A stretch of DNA of 64,000 nt, from NCBI GenBank assembly GCA_942492335.1, contig CALOEN010000021.1, positions 135,155 through 199,154 on the forward strand, read 5' to 3'. A program made the translations under genes and the position numbers. Positions 17,768 to 26,743 of this stretch are shown here, piece after piece. This DNA comes from an uncultured beta proteobacterium (GTDB taxonomy: Bacteria; Pseudomonadota; Gammaproteobacteria; Burkholderiales; SG8-41). The stretch's first letter is position 1; each line of letters starts with the position of its first letter. The notes beneath the pieces are model-generated. The model searched no databases. It saw only the letters and a list, made by a program, of their open reading frames with translations, and was not told the origin of the DNA.

Positions 17768-18370
17768 TCAAATGTACAAGCTGACGTCGGAATCCTTGGC
17801 TATGGGCAGGAATGAGGCCGCGCCGACATACTCCGTGACCTCGGGAATAAAATCTTTTTTGTCGTAGCCGAACAAATCAACGGTCATCTGGCAGGCGATC
17901 ATGTTGACGCCGGCCTCGAGTGCCAGGCCGCGCAACTCTCCGATCTCGGCAACGCCCGCGTTCTTGATGGTCTGCTTCATGAAACTGGTCGCCATAGCTT
18001 CGAACCCCGGCACGATGGCCTGTACCGCGTTCGGGATGTTCCATTTAATGCCGCGAAACCACTGCGGACCGAACGGCATTTTCATCGGCATCGCCGGATT
18101 GCCGAGCGGGCTGACTTGCGCGTCGAGGTCTTTCTTGAGCAGGTTGAGTCCGTAGAAAGTAAAGAATACCGACACGTCCCAACCGAGGGCGGCGGCAGTG
18201 GAAGCGAGAATGAAAGGTGGATAGGCCCAGTCCAGCGTGCCTTTGGTGGCGATGATGGTCATCGACGGCGTTTTGTTGGCCGCGATTTCTTCCAGCTTTT
18301 TCGGCAACAATGCTTCCAGCCGCTTTTCAATGATTTCGTCGATGCGACTCAGTTCTATCATTTCCGACAT
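17768..18370 (-). CDS. DsrE/DsrF/DrsH-like family protein (DrsE_2/YrkE-like)
   Basis: MTIIATKGTLDWAYPPFILASTAAALGWDVSVFFTFYGLNLL...MIACQMTVDLFG. DsrE-fold pattern with a conserved Cys. Confidence 0.7.
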   Translation of the reverse strand: MSEMIELSRIDEIIEKRLEALLPKKLEEIAANKTPSMTIIATKGTLDWAYPPFILASTAAALGWDVSVFFTFYGLNLLKKDLDAQVSPLGNPAMPMKMPFGPQWFRGIKWNIPNAVQAIVPGFEAMATSFMKQTIKNAGVAEIGELRGLALEAGVNMIACQMTVDLFGYDKKDFIPEVTEYVGAASFLPIAKDSDVSLYI

Positions 18371-18897
18371 TCAATTCTCCGGTTTGGCAGCACCGTCCGG
18401 CAGGACACTCACGCTGAATAGTATAGGCACTGTTTAATAATATGGAAATATGCTTATGCTGAGCAGGGATGACCCTCTCATGGTTAATATATATATTATA
18501 CAATGTGTTATACGTATATTGTGCGATGGGTACTGGTCGCAGCCCGCCATTCAGGGCACCCAGATGTCGCACTTACGCAACATTTTGTCTGACCACTGCC
18601 GCGATGCTGTGATAGCCATTTGAGTTGGCAAGCAGGATTATTTACCGGGGCATGAGGCCACATCGCCCGGTACCTTGTCCACCTGCAATCCCGCCCACAT
18701 CGCATTTTTCATCATCCACCCCAGATGGTTGATTAAAAACTCCGGCCGGATCGCCACTCTGCAACTGGCTTACCAGGCAAGTGAGATTATGAGCAAATTA
18801 CCATTTAATGATATTTAGGACTTTGATATGAATCAAAACCCAGACACTCAATTAAGTTTCAGGACGCTACGGGTCGGGATTAACCGTGTCAGTCAAT

Positions 18898-20028
18898 TCA
18901 CAAACCCGCTTTGACGTCCTCGCCGTTCATTTGCCGCTGCACGCGCGCGACATCGCGATGCTTGAGCGCAAACGGAAATGACAGGATATCGGTCGGGCTG
19001 GAGTCCCCATAGGGACGGTTGCATGCCGACACGTTATCTGCCTTGCCGGGGCAACCCGAGGTTTGAAAGGGCGTGCCGGAACTGATCAGCGCCTCGAGTT
19101 TCTGCTGTGATACTCCGTAGCCTGTGACGCGGCCGTCATCGTCGAATTCCATGTCGTTAAAACTGCCGCCGGCATAGTCGATGATGTAACGCGCAAGCTG
19201 CACGCGCCGCCACTGTCCGCGGTCGACCGGCGGCCAGTCTTCCATCAGCGAACCGCGTTCCGGATAAAACGCGAACATGTGATTGTGCCCGCCCAGGTCG
19301 CGGATTTTCTGCGCCACTTCCAGGATCTCGCGCTCGGTCTCGCCCATGCCGCCGATCAGGTGCGCGCCGAATTTTTCCGGCCCGTACACTTCGGCCGCCC
19401 ATTCGATGGCGCGCCAGTAATGCTCGTACTTGTGCGGACTGTCCACGCCTTTGCCGCGGGTGCGCTCGAAAATTTCCGGGGTCACCGCATCCAGTGCGAC
19501 GGTGAATATATCGGCGCCCATCTCGCGCATGCGCACGAGGTCGGCCTTTTCCAGCGTCGTCGGGTTGGACAGGATGGACACCGGGACCTTTGGCACATTT
19601 TTCACCCATTTTTCGAGCAGCACGAAAGTGTCGGCGTTCGAGTTCGGATGGGTGATCATCGAAATGCACATGCGCTGGAACTGCCCCTTGTCGGCGCCGG
19701 CTTTGACGCGTTCGATCACCTCGTCATAGCGCGCGGTCGGCCAGTCGACGCGGATGAAATTCCGGTCGGCGTAGTCGCGCGATTCCTCGCGGTGGCGCGC
19801 CAGTCCGCAGTACGCACAGTTGGCGCGGCAACCTTCGGGATAAGTGACCAGCAGATTCAGGCAATGTGTGCACGAGGTGCGATGCATCTTGCCCGCAACC
19901 AGGCCCAGCGTGATCGCCGCCGCCGTGCTCATCTGCACATATTCGGGAGAGCGCATCTCCGGCGTTTTGACGTGGTAGTCGGGGCGGTAAAAGCGTATCG
20001 GTTGCGCGTTGTCGAGTACGGTGTCCAT
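18898..20028 (-). CDS. lipS2: Radical SAM protein of the sHdr-linked lipoate assembly pathway (probably LipS2; S1/S2 assignment uncertain)
   Basis: Start at MDTVLDNAQ (AAGGA RBS). CX3CX2C motif CRANCAYC. Last gene of the lipS1-slpl(AB)-lipT-...-lipS2 block. Confidence 0.75.
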   Translation of the reverse strand: MDTVLDNAQPIRFYRPDYHVKTPEMRSPEYVQMSTAAAITLGLVAGKMHRTSCTHCLNLLVTYPEGCRANCAYCGLARHREESRDYADRNFIRVDWPTARYDEVIERVKAGADKGQFQRMCISMITHPNSNADTFVLLEKWVKNVPKVPVSILSNPTTLEKADLVRMREMGADIFTVALDAVTPEIFERTRGKGVDSPHKYEHYWRAIEWAAEVYGPEKFGAHLIGGMGETEREILEVAQKIRDLGGHNHMFAFYPERGSLMEDWPPVDRGQWRRVQLARYIIDYAGGSFNDMEFDDDGRVTGYGVSQQKLEALISSGTPFQTSGCPGKADNVSACNRPYGDSSPTDILSFPFALKHRDVARVQRQMNGEDVKAGL

Positions 20029-20041
20029 AACCATTCCTTGA

Positions 20042-20551
20042 TTAAAATTCGATGCTGTCCCGGATGGCGGCAATGCCGGCCGCGGCGCACGCGTCGTCGC
20101 GGTCGCCGCCGGGCGCCCCCGATACGCCGATGCCGCCCAACAAGGTGCCGGCGCCTTCTATCATCAAACCGCCCGCCACCACCGTAACACGCGGACGATG
20201 GCGGATGCCGCTTTGCGGCATGCCCGGTTGAGTAACGCGCTCCAGATCAGCCGTAGGGGTGCGAAACGATACCGCCGTCCATGCTTTGTCCACCGCCATG
20301 CGCGGCGTGTGTGCGCCGGCAAAGCGGTCACGCAGTATGACTTGCGTGACGCCGCTGCGGTCGACCACCGCCACCGCCACCTGATACCCTTCGTCGCGGC
20401 ACTTCTTGAGTGCTGCCTGGGCGGCTTTGAGTGCCGTCTCCGGCGTCAGCATTTTTACCGCAAACGTCGCCTCCTGCGCCTGTGCTGCGCTCATGGCCAG
20501 TAAAGCGCACGCCGCCGCAAGCATCAGTGTTCTCGATGGTTCCCGCTTCAT
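20042..20551 (-). CDS. GlcG/HbpS-like (DUF336) haem-binding-type protein with signal peptide
   Basis: Signal MKREPSRTLMLAAACALLAMSAAQA. VAVAVVDRSGV...DKAWTAVSFRT...GGLMIEGAGTLLGGIGVSGAPGGDRDDACA is the DUF336 signature. Confidence 0.75.
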   Translation of the reverse strand: MKREPSRTLMLAAACALLAMSAAQAQEATFAVKMLTPETALKAAQAALKKCRDEGYQVAVAVVDRSGVTQVILRDRFAGAHTPRMAVDKAWTAVSFRTPTADLERVTQPGMPQSGIRHRPRVTVVAGGLMIEGAGTLLGGIGVSGAPGGDRDDACAAAGIAAIRDSIEF

Positions 20552-20727
20552 TTCTGCTGTTCCTCCTGTTCGCGCTTCTTATCGGCCGACTGTTGCAGCA
20601 CCTGCTCTACGCCTTTTGCTTTTTCCATCGCTTGGCGCTGGGTCTTCACCAGATCAGGCGGCGTGCTGCCGCTGTTGCATGCAGTAAGCAACAACAAGGT
20701 CATCAGAATCAAGCCGCGTCGCGACAT
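20548..20727 (-). CDS. Small lipoprotein (59 aa), not in the ORF track
   Basis: MSRRGLILMTLLLLTACNSGSTPPDLVKTQRQAMEKAKGVEQVLQQSADKKREQEEQQK. Lipobox LLTAC. Its stop overlaps the downstream ATG (ATGA), and its start overlaps the lipT 3' end by 19 nt. Confidence 0.55.
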   Translation of the reverse strand: MSRRGLILMTLLLLTACNSGSTPPDLVKTQRQAMEKAKGVEQVLQQSADKKREQEEQQK

Positions 20728-21803
20728 GTCGCACCTCCGGAGTAATAATCGTCAAAAGCGATCCAGCCGCGGCGATGGACGACATCGCGTTTCGCGGCAG
20801 GCGTATTCCATGCACGTTCTAGTTCATGTCGCCGCTCGACCGCGCGGGCCAGCGACTCCGCGAACTGGTCGCGAATATCCTCTTCGTAATCCGCGAGCGC
20901 ATTTTGGTTGCTTTCATGCAGTAATGCGTGTGCCGCCTCGCCTGCACGCTCGCCGGAAACCACTGCGGCCGCAATGCCGGCACCGGTGATCGGGTGCGTG
21001 AGTCCCGCGGCATCGCCCGCGAACAGCACCTTGCCGACGACCAGATGATCACGCATACCGCCAACCGGAATGGCGCCACCGGTTCGAAACAGGATCTCGC
21101 CTCCCACTCTGCCTGCATCCACCAGTTGCCGGTGCAGTGCATCCAAAGGGGTTTTCATGTCGGCGGAAAAGCGCGGATCCATGCCCAGTCCGAGGTTGGC
21201 TTCAACCCCTTTCGGGAACAGCCAGGCGTAACCGCCGGGATAGTCCTCCGACAACCAGATATCGGTGACGTTATAAGGGGAAACCAGCGGTACGGTGTAT
21301 TGCCGGGTGTTGACGGTGGCCAGCCGCGGCAGACCCATGGCACCGGCTATCATCGAATGCGGGCCATCGGCGGCAATCAGCAGCCGGTAACGGACATGTG
21401 CCATGCCTTGCGGCGTGCGTATGGTTGCTGTCAAAGTCTGCGCATCCAGTTCAGTGACGACGCTGTCCGTGTTGATTGTCGCGCCCGCCTCTTGTGCGGC
21501 ACGCGCCAGCGCCTGGTCAAAGGCCGCACGGTCCACCATCAATCCCGAAAAAGGCGTGGCGACCGCGGTACCCGAGGGCAATACGCTTTTCATGCTGGTA
21601 ATTTTCTGCAGCAGCACGCCTGCGGACTGGGCATGGCGCGACAAGGGCAGCGGGATGAATTCGGCGCACTGCACCGGCACACCCACCGTTTTCTTTTTCT
21701 CTATGGCCACGACAGTGAGCCCCAGGCGCGCCGCGGCGAGCGCAGCGGCGCCACCGGCGGGCCCCAGCCCCACCACCAGCACATCACAAATGACAGTCTT
21801 CAT
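20709..21803 (-). CDS. lipT: FAD-dependent oxidoreductase, geranylgeranyl-reductase family (LipT)
   Basis: Start MKTVICDVLVVGLGPAGGAAALAAARLG (GxGxxG). ATGA overlap with the slpl(AB) stop. The 433-aa track ORF has a spurious extension. Confidence 0.8.
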   Translation of the reverse strand: MKTVICDVLVVGLGPAGGAAALAAARLGLTVVAIEKKKTVGVPVQCAEFIPLPLSRHAQSAGVLLQKITSMKSVLPSGTAVATPFSGLMVDRAAFDQALARAAQEAGATINTDSVVTELDAQTLTATIRTPQGMAHVRYRLLIAADGPHSMIAGAMGLPRLATVNTRQYTVPLVSPYNVTDIWLSEDYPGGYAWLFPKGVEANLGLGMDPRFSADMKTPLDALHRQLVDAGRVGGEILFRTGGAIPVGGMRDHLVVGKVLFAGDAAGLTHPITGAGIAAAVVSGERAGEAAHALLHESNQNALADYEEDIRDQFAESLARAVERRHELERAWNTPAAKRDVVHRRGWIAFDDYYSGGATCRDAA

Positions 21804-22873
21804 GGGTGCGGCATGAGCAGCGGCTGTTTGAGCGCAAGCCGCAGCACGGCGACAAAATCGTCGGGCGTCAGCGACAGCATGTCCACCTCGCGATCGGTAA
21901 AGAATGTGCGAATCCGGGGCTCGAGCTTGTCGAGCGGGGTGTCGCGCAGCGCCGCCTCGAGATCGGCGATGGTGCGGCGCGGGCTCACGAAAATATCGCC
22001 GGTGAACCATACCTGCCTGAGCGTCTGGGTCAGCGTGTCGAAGCTGACTGCAGCACGCAACAGCCCGCCCGCGAATTTCTGCACTGCTTCCAGAATCGGC
22101 ATACCGGATGCCGGGCGCGATGCGAGCGCTATCCAGTCGGGCGTATCGATCTCGCGCAGCGCCACCTGGTAGCGCGCATGCTCGGAAAGCGTCAATTCGT
22201 CGTCGTGAAATTCGACGTTGAACTCGCTTTCGAATGCCTCTGTGAGATAGCGCCGGATCTGGCCGACATCAGGCTGGCGGCCCAGCAGTTCTTTCAGGTT
22301 GGTCACGCGCTCGCGCGCCGAAGCGATGGCCTTGTCGGACAGTTTTTCCGCCGGGATGCGCAATACGCGCAGCATTTTCTCGACGTCGAACTCGATCAAC
22401 AGCGTACCCTGGAACAGCAGCGCATTGCCGTCGAATGCACCGCCGGTACCGGAAATCTTGCGCCCGTCGACTTCGATATCGTTGCGCGGTCGGTAGCGCG
22501 CATCCACACCGAGCGCGCTGATAGCGGTGGCCGCGGCGTGGCAGATGCGTTTCGATATGGCCTGCATGTCGGAGGTGCCGACGTCGTGCTTGTGCAGATA
22601 AAGTTCCCACCCGATCTGGGTCTCGTCGAAATAGATCGCGCCGCCACCGGTGATGCGCCGCTGCACCGCGATGCCGTTGGCCTTGCAATAATCGAGGTTG
22701 AGTTCCTGCTCGGCGCTCTGGTGATAGCCGAGCAGCGCCGAGGGCGTGAAGCGCAAAAAGCGCAGCGTGCTGGGAATCTCGTCGGCCTGGCGCGCTTCGA
22801 GCAATGCCCGATTCAACGCAATATTTTGCGCCGGGGGCCGCAGGCCGGTGTCCAGAACTCTCCAGGAATCCAT
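21800..22873 (-). CDS. slpl(AB): Lipoate:protein ligase, fused LplA-LplB type (sLpl(AB))
   Basis: LRFLRFTPSALLGYHQS...GIAVQRRITGGGAIYFDETQIGWELY...GRKISGTGGAF. 357 aa including the C-terminal accessory domain. Confidence 0.85.
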   Translation of the reverse strand: MDSWRVLDTGLRPPAQNIALNRALLEARQADEIPSTLRFLRFTPSALLGYHQSAEQELNLDYCKANGIAVQRRITGGGAIYFDETQIGWELYLHKHDVGTSDMQAISKRICHAAATAISALGVDARYRPRNDIEVDGRKISGTGGAFDGNALLFQGTLLIEFDVEKMLRVLRIPAEKLSDKAIASARERVTNLKELLGRQPDVGQIRRYLTEAFESEFNVEFHDDELTLSEHARYQVALREIDTPDWIALASRPASGMPILEAVQKFAGGLLRAAVSFDTLTQTLRQVWFTGDIFVSPRRTIADLEAALRDTPLDKLEPRIRTFFTDREVDMLSLTPDDFVAVLRLALKQPLLMPHP

Positions 22874-22880
22874 AATATAA

Positions 22881-24020
22881 TCAGGCCGTTACAACTTTTA
22901 TGCCAGATAAGCGCGCATCCGGTGCGCGAACACGGACGCGCTCCTTCTCGATGATGCGCTGCACGTCGATTGCGATGCCCTGGTCTTCGCCCAACGCCAG
23001 CACTTCATCGCCCAGCGCAATGCTGCAGCACGCCGGCGTGACGCGCACCTCGCGCGCGAGGCGCGCGGCAAGTTCGACCATGCCGTCGGCGGGATGGGCG
23101 ATGCCGTTGAGACCCGCCATCACCGCGTAAGCATCGATCTGCATTTTCGCCCTGCCCGGCGGACGCGCGCAGCCCAGCAGCAACGGCATGTCGGGCAGGG
23201 TTTCGCGCGCATCCATGAAAAAACGCCCCACCTGGTGCGGGTCGGGCGTCACAAACGGACGCGACGCAGGCGCATAGAACGGCATCACCACCACCAGCAC
23301 CAGCGCATCGGGCCGGTGACGTTTGACCATTTCCAGCGCGTTCCATTCGCCTAGCATGCGGCCGTAATGCAAACCAATCACGATGTGGGGAACGACCTTG
23401 AGCGCGGTCTGCGTGAGGTGCTCCAGAGAGCGCTCGAAATCTTCCACGCTGCGTTTGAGGTGATAGACCTGGGCCACGGTGTCCTGTGCGCCGATCACAT
23501 CCATCATCGCCGCATCGATGCCGGAGGCTTCCATGCGCTGCGCGATATCGTGGTCGACCAGTGCGGTATGCATGGCGATCTTGAACGCCGGAAAAGCGTC
23601 TTTGATGCGGCGTATGGTCGGGTAGAACGCGTCGTACTCGACTTCGTCACGGTGATTGGAGCCGCCGGTAAGCAACATGCCCTGTGCGCCGCCGGCGATC
23701 TGTTCGTTGACGACCCGCCACAGTGCCTCGGGGGTGCGCGCCGGAATCATCGGCTCGAGAATTTTCGCCTTGCAGTGATCGCACGCGAGTTTGCACTCGC
23801 CGCCGGTAATGGACACCGCCGGCCACGCGCTCTTGCCGCATCCGGCCAGTTCGGACGTGGCGTAGGCCTTGAAAGTGGGGGTATAGAAATTGATGCGCGC
23901 GGCGGTATCCGCGCTCGGGCCCGCGCGCCGCCGCTGCATGTCGGCCACCAGCCGCGCATTGAGACCGATTCCATCGAGCGGCTCGATCTGCCCGACTATC
24001 CCCTGCCAGTCATTCATCAT
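22881..24020 (-). CDS. lipS1: Radical SAM protein of the lipoate assembly pathway (probably LipS1; S1/S2 assignment uncertain)
   Basis: SITGGECKLACDHCKAKIL (CX3CX2C). Immediately downstream of lbpA and upstream of slpl(AB). Confidence 0.75.
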   Translation of the reverse strand: MMNDWQGIVGQIEPLDGIGLNARLVADMQRRRAGPSADTAARINFYTPTFKAYATSELAGCGKSAWPAVSITGGECKLACDHCKAKILEPMIPARTPEALWRVVNEQIAGGAQGMLLTGGSNHRDEVEYDAFYPTIRRIKDAFPAFKIAMHTALVDHDIAQRMEASGIDAAMMDVIGAQDTVAQVYHLKRSVEDFERSLEHLTQTALKVVPHIVIGLHYGRMLGEWNALEMVKRHRPDALVLVVVMPFYAPASRPFVTPDPHQVGRFFMDARETLPDMPLLLGCARPPGRAKMQIDAYAVMAGLNGIAHPADGMVELAARLAREVRVTPACCSIALGDEVLALGEDQGIAIDVQRIIEKERVRVRAPDARLSGIKVVTA

Positions 24021-24047
24021 CCGGTGCTGTCAATATCCACGCGGTGC

Positions 24048-24491
24048 TCAGGCCTGACAGCCGGCGAATCCGTCGGCATTCATTTTCGCTTCGAATGCAG
24101 CGGCAACCGCGCCGCCCGTGATCAGCGCTGCAGAATCCCCATCCCAGTTCGCCGGCTTCAGTTTCACCATCCAGCCGGAGCCGTAGGGATCGGTATTGAT
24201 GGTGCCGGGACTGGAGGTCACCGCCTCGTTGATCGCCACCACTTCACCTGACACCGGAGCTTTCACCGGCCCCACCCATTTTCCGGATTCGACAGTCGCC
24301 GCGGATTTGTTCTGCTCGACGCTGCGGCCGACTTTTTTCGGCGTGCACGACACGATCTGCCCCGCCAACGCCGCGGCATACACCGTCATGCCTATGGTCA
24401 CGGTGCCGTCGTCTTCGCGCCGCGCCCACACATTGTTTTCGACATTGTAAAAAAGATCATCAGGAATATTGCAGCCTTTGACTGTTGCCAT
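24048..24491 (-). CDS. lbpA: Lipoate-binding protein LbpA (GcvH-like), copy 1
   Basis: GcvH fold with lipoyl-lysine motif TVESGKWVGPV. Followed by PYGSGWMVKLKP. Confidence 0.85.
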   Translation of the reverse strand: MATVKGCNIPDDLFYNVENNVWARREDDGTVTIGMTVYAAALAGQIVSCTPKKVGRSVEQNKSAATVESGKWVGPVKAPVSGEVVAINEAVTSSPGTINTDPYGSGWMVKLKPANWDGDSAALITGGAVAAAFEAKMNADGFAGCQA

Positions 24492-24517
24492 CGTTCAGCT
24501 CCTTGTATAAATGCGCC

Positions 24518-24913
24518 CTAGAAAAAAAGTGACTTGTCGCAACTCAGAATCAGGTCCGCGAGCACGCCGCCGCTCGAGATCTCGTCTACTTCAGCGATGA
24601 CGTTGTCGACCTCCATCTCGTAGCCGGGCAGCGCCGGCTGACACAGGTACAGCTTGGCGCCGGCGGACTTCGCATCGCGCATGAACTCGATTATTCTCTT
24701 GCCGCCGTCCATCGCCGTCAAATTTTCGGGCACGCCCTTCTGGCACAGCCTGACGCCTTCCATGGTGAAAAAGATCTTCACATCGGCATCCATCGAAGCC
24801 AGGATCGCGGCCATGTAAAACGGCGTGGCGCAGCGGTGCGGCGTCGACGGCCCGCTGGTCATCACGATGACCACCGATTTTTCTTCGTTATCGAGATATT
24901 TCTGCTCAGCCAT
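24518..24913 (-). CDS. dsrE3: DsrE3-type sulfurtransferase
   Basis: VVIVMTSGPSTPHRCATPFYMAAILASMDADVKIFFTMEGV. DsrE fold with an active-site Cys. Located between the two lbpA genes. Confidence 0.8.
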   Translation of the reverse strand: MAEQKYLDNEEKSVVIVMTSGPSTPHRCATPFYMAAILASMDADVKIFFTMEGVRLCQKGVPENLTAMDGGKRIIEFMRDAKSAGAKLYLCQPALPGYEMEVDNVIAEVDEISSGGVLADLILSCDKSLFF

Positions 24914-24927
24914 ATCAGTCTCAATGC

Positions 24928-25005
24928 GTGATTAAGTGATTGAGCGATTGAGCGATTCGGTGATATACACGTTACCGTTGTGCAATGACTCAATCACTTA
25001 ATCAC
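24928..25005. repeat. 17-bp perfect inverted repeat in the lbpA-dsrE3 spacer
   Basis: GTGATTAAGTGATTGAG (24928..24944) and CTCAATCACTTAATCAC (24989..25005). The left flank contains tandem GATTGAGC units. Confidence 0.8.
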
Positions 25006-25038
25006 TGGTTCTTCCACATCCTCGTCCGCAACCCTCCG

Positions 25039-25476
25039 TTATAGCCGTTTGCACCTGATGTCGTCGCGCCGGCAACGTTCACAATACCCTGCAAAAGCGG
25101 CATCGCCGGTTACCAGAACCCCCAATGCCTCCTTCTGCTGTACCGGTCGCACACGTGCAATCCATGCATCGTAGGGTTGTATATTGAGCAGCGCCGGGTT
25201 GTCCAGCACCTCATGATTAGCATTGATGATGCTGCAGTCAAACAGGTTGGGTACCGGTCCCGCCCATTTTCCGCTCTCAACGGTGGCGACAGGTTTACCG
25301 GCGGGTCGCAGCGTGCCTGGTTTTCTGACCCTTACATGCAGGATCTTACCGGCTATGGTCTGCGATATGTCGGTCATGCCCACTGCCAGCGTACCATCGT
25401 CCTCGATGCGCACCCAGATCTGGTACTGATCGTCGTAATAGAGCTCGGACCGAAATTCGCAACCGTTGCATTCCAT
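25039..25476 (-). CDS. lbpA: Lipoate-binding protein LbpA (GcvH-like), copy 2, Cys-rich termini
   Basis: TVESGKWAGPV lipoyl-lysine motif. N-terminal MECNGCEF and C-terminal YCERCRRDDIRCKRL. Confidence 0.85.
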   Translation of the reverse strand: MECNGCEFRSELYYDDQYQIWVRIEDDGTLAVGMTDISQTIAGKILHVRVRKPGTLRPAGKPVATVESGKWAGPVPNLFDCSIINANHEVLDNPALLNIQPYDAWIARVRPVQQKEALGVLVTGDAAFAGYCERCRRDDIRCKRL

Positions 25477-25487
25477 GAGCCTAGTTT

Positions 25488-25662
25488 AACCGCCAAGCCG
25501 CCAAGGCCGCCAAGAAAGACAAACAAACCCCTTCTCAAATTTACTGCAACTGTGCTGCCAACCGAACAATTCTGCGTTTGTAATGGTTTTCTTGACTAGA
25601 TCTTTCCACTTGGCGCTTCGGATATATTAGATTTTCTTGGCGGCCTTGGCGTCTTGGCGGTT
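25488..25662. repeat. About 30-bp inverted repeat built from tandem CGCCAAG units in the shdrB2-lbpA spacer
   Basis: AACCGCCAAGCCGCCAAGGCCGCCAAGAAA (25488..25517) against TTTCTTGGCGGCCTTGGCGTCTTGGCGGTT (25633..25662). One mismatch; the loop is about 115 nt. Confidence 0.8.
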
Positions 25663-26573
25663 CAAATAACGCCCTTCTCATGCAGAAAATCCAGAGAGTC
25701 CGAAATGTTCTCGTGTATGGCCAGCTTACGGGCCGACAATCCCAGCGCCAGTCCCAGCAACTGGGTGAAATACAGGATCTTGACCTTGGTCTTGATGCCG
25801 AACTGGGTTTCGGCGCGTATCTGGTGCATTTCCAGGCCGGAATGGCAGGTCGGGCATTCCGTCGCGATCACTTCCGCGCCCGAGTCTTCCGCGGCCTGCA
25901 ACAGATTAAGCACCAGCTGGGTCGAAGTATCGGAATCAGACAGGGTGTGCGCACCGCCGCAGCATGCGGTCTTGAGCGGGAAGTCGACGTTGACCGCGCC
26001 TGCCGCTTCCAGCAGGTCATCCATGAAATGCGGCTTGTGCGACGACTCCGAACCCGGGCCCTGATCTTTTTCAGGAAAAATCTGGCGTGGCCGCGTGTAC
26101 ATGCAGCCGTAGTAATTCGCGATCTTCATGCCATTGAGGCTTTTGCTGATGCGCTGCTTGACGCCCTCGGGTCCGAGTTCTTCCATCAGCCACTCGAGCA
26201 GATGAATGGTGCGCACGTCACCCTTGTAGACCGGGTCACCGGCTTTTTCCGCAAGGTCCTGCACCGTCTGCATCGCCTCGGGCGAGGTCGCGCACTCGTA
26301 CTCGGCTTTCTTCAGGTTGTGATAACAGCCGTTGCAGGGCGCCATCACGGTGTCGAAACCCATTTTCTCCGAGGCGATCGCCATATTGCGCGCCGACATG
26401 TAGGTCTGGAGCATGGGATGGATGTTCTTCACTTCCATCGCGCCGCAGCAGTTCCAGTCGGCGAGGTTCGTCATCTCGAGATCGAGCGCCTTGACCAGCG
26501 CCCGCGTCGAGCGGTCATAGGGTCCGCCCGAACCTTCGAGCGCGCAACCGGGGTAGTAAGCTACTTTAGCCAT
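25662..26573 (-). CDS. shdrB2: sHdrB2 (heterodisulfide-reductase-like, CCG-domain subunit)
   Basis: Start MAKVAYYPGCALEGSGG (ATG 26573). CCG motifs NCCGAMEV and TACCGGAH. Confidence 0.88.
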   Translation of the reverse strand: MAKVAYYPGCALEGSGGPYDRSTRALVKALDLEMTNLADWNCCGAMEVKNIHPMLQTYMSARNMAIASEKMGFDTVMAPCNGCYHNLKKAEYECATSPEAMQTVQDLAEKAGDPVYKGDVRTIHLLEWLMEELGPEGVKQRISKSLNGMKIANYYGCMYTRPRQIFPEKDQGPGSESSHKPHFMDDLLEAAGAVNVDFPLKTACCGGAHTLSDSDTSTQLVLNLLQAAEDSGAEVIATECPTCHSGLEMHQIRAETQFGIKTKVKILYFTQLLGLALGLSARKLAIHENISDSLDFLHEKGVI

Positions 26574-26601
26574 AATTTTTCCAGAAAACCCAAAATCTTG
26601 A

Positions 26602-26696
26602 ACGCGAAGGTCGCGAAGGACACAAAGGAAAAACGACATCCTTACGACAGAAATACTGAATATTTATTCTAGTCTTTCCTTCGCGAACCTTTGCGC
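26602..26696. repeat. Inverted repeat built from CGCGAAGG units in the shdrC2-shdrB2 spacer
   Basis: TCGCGAAGGA (26611..26620) pairs perfectly with TCCTTCGCGA (26677..26686). Flanking ACGCGAAGG / CCTTTGCGC extend it with a bulge. AT-rich loop. Confidence 0.65.
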
Positions 26697-26743
26697 ACCC
26701 GTCAAGCGGGTATTAAACAGAACCCTTTGCGTCAATGCTTTAA

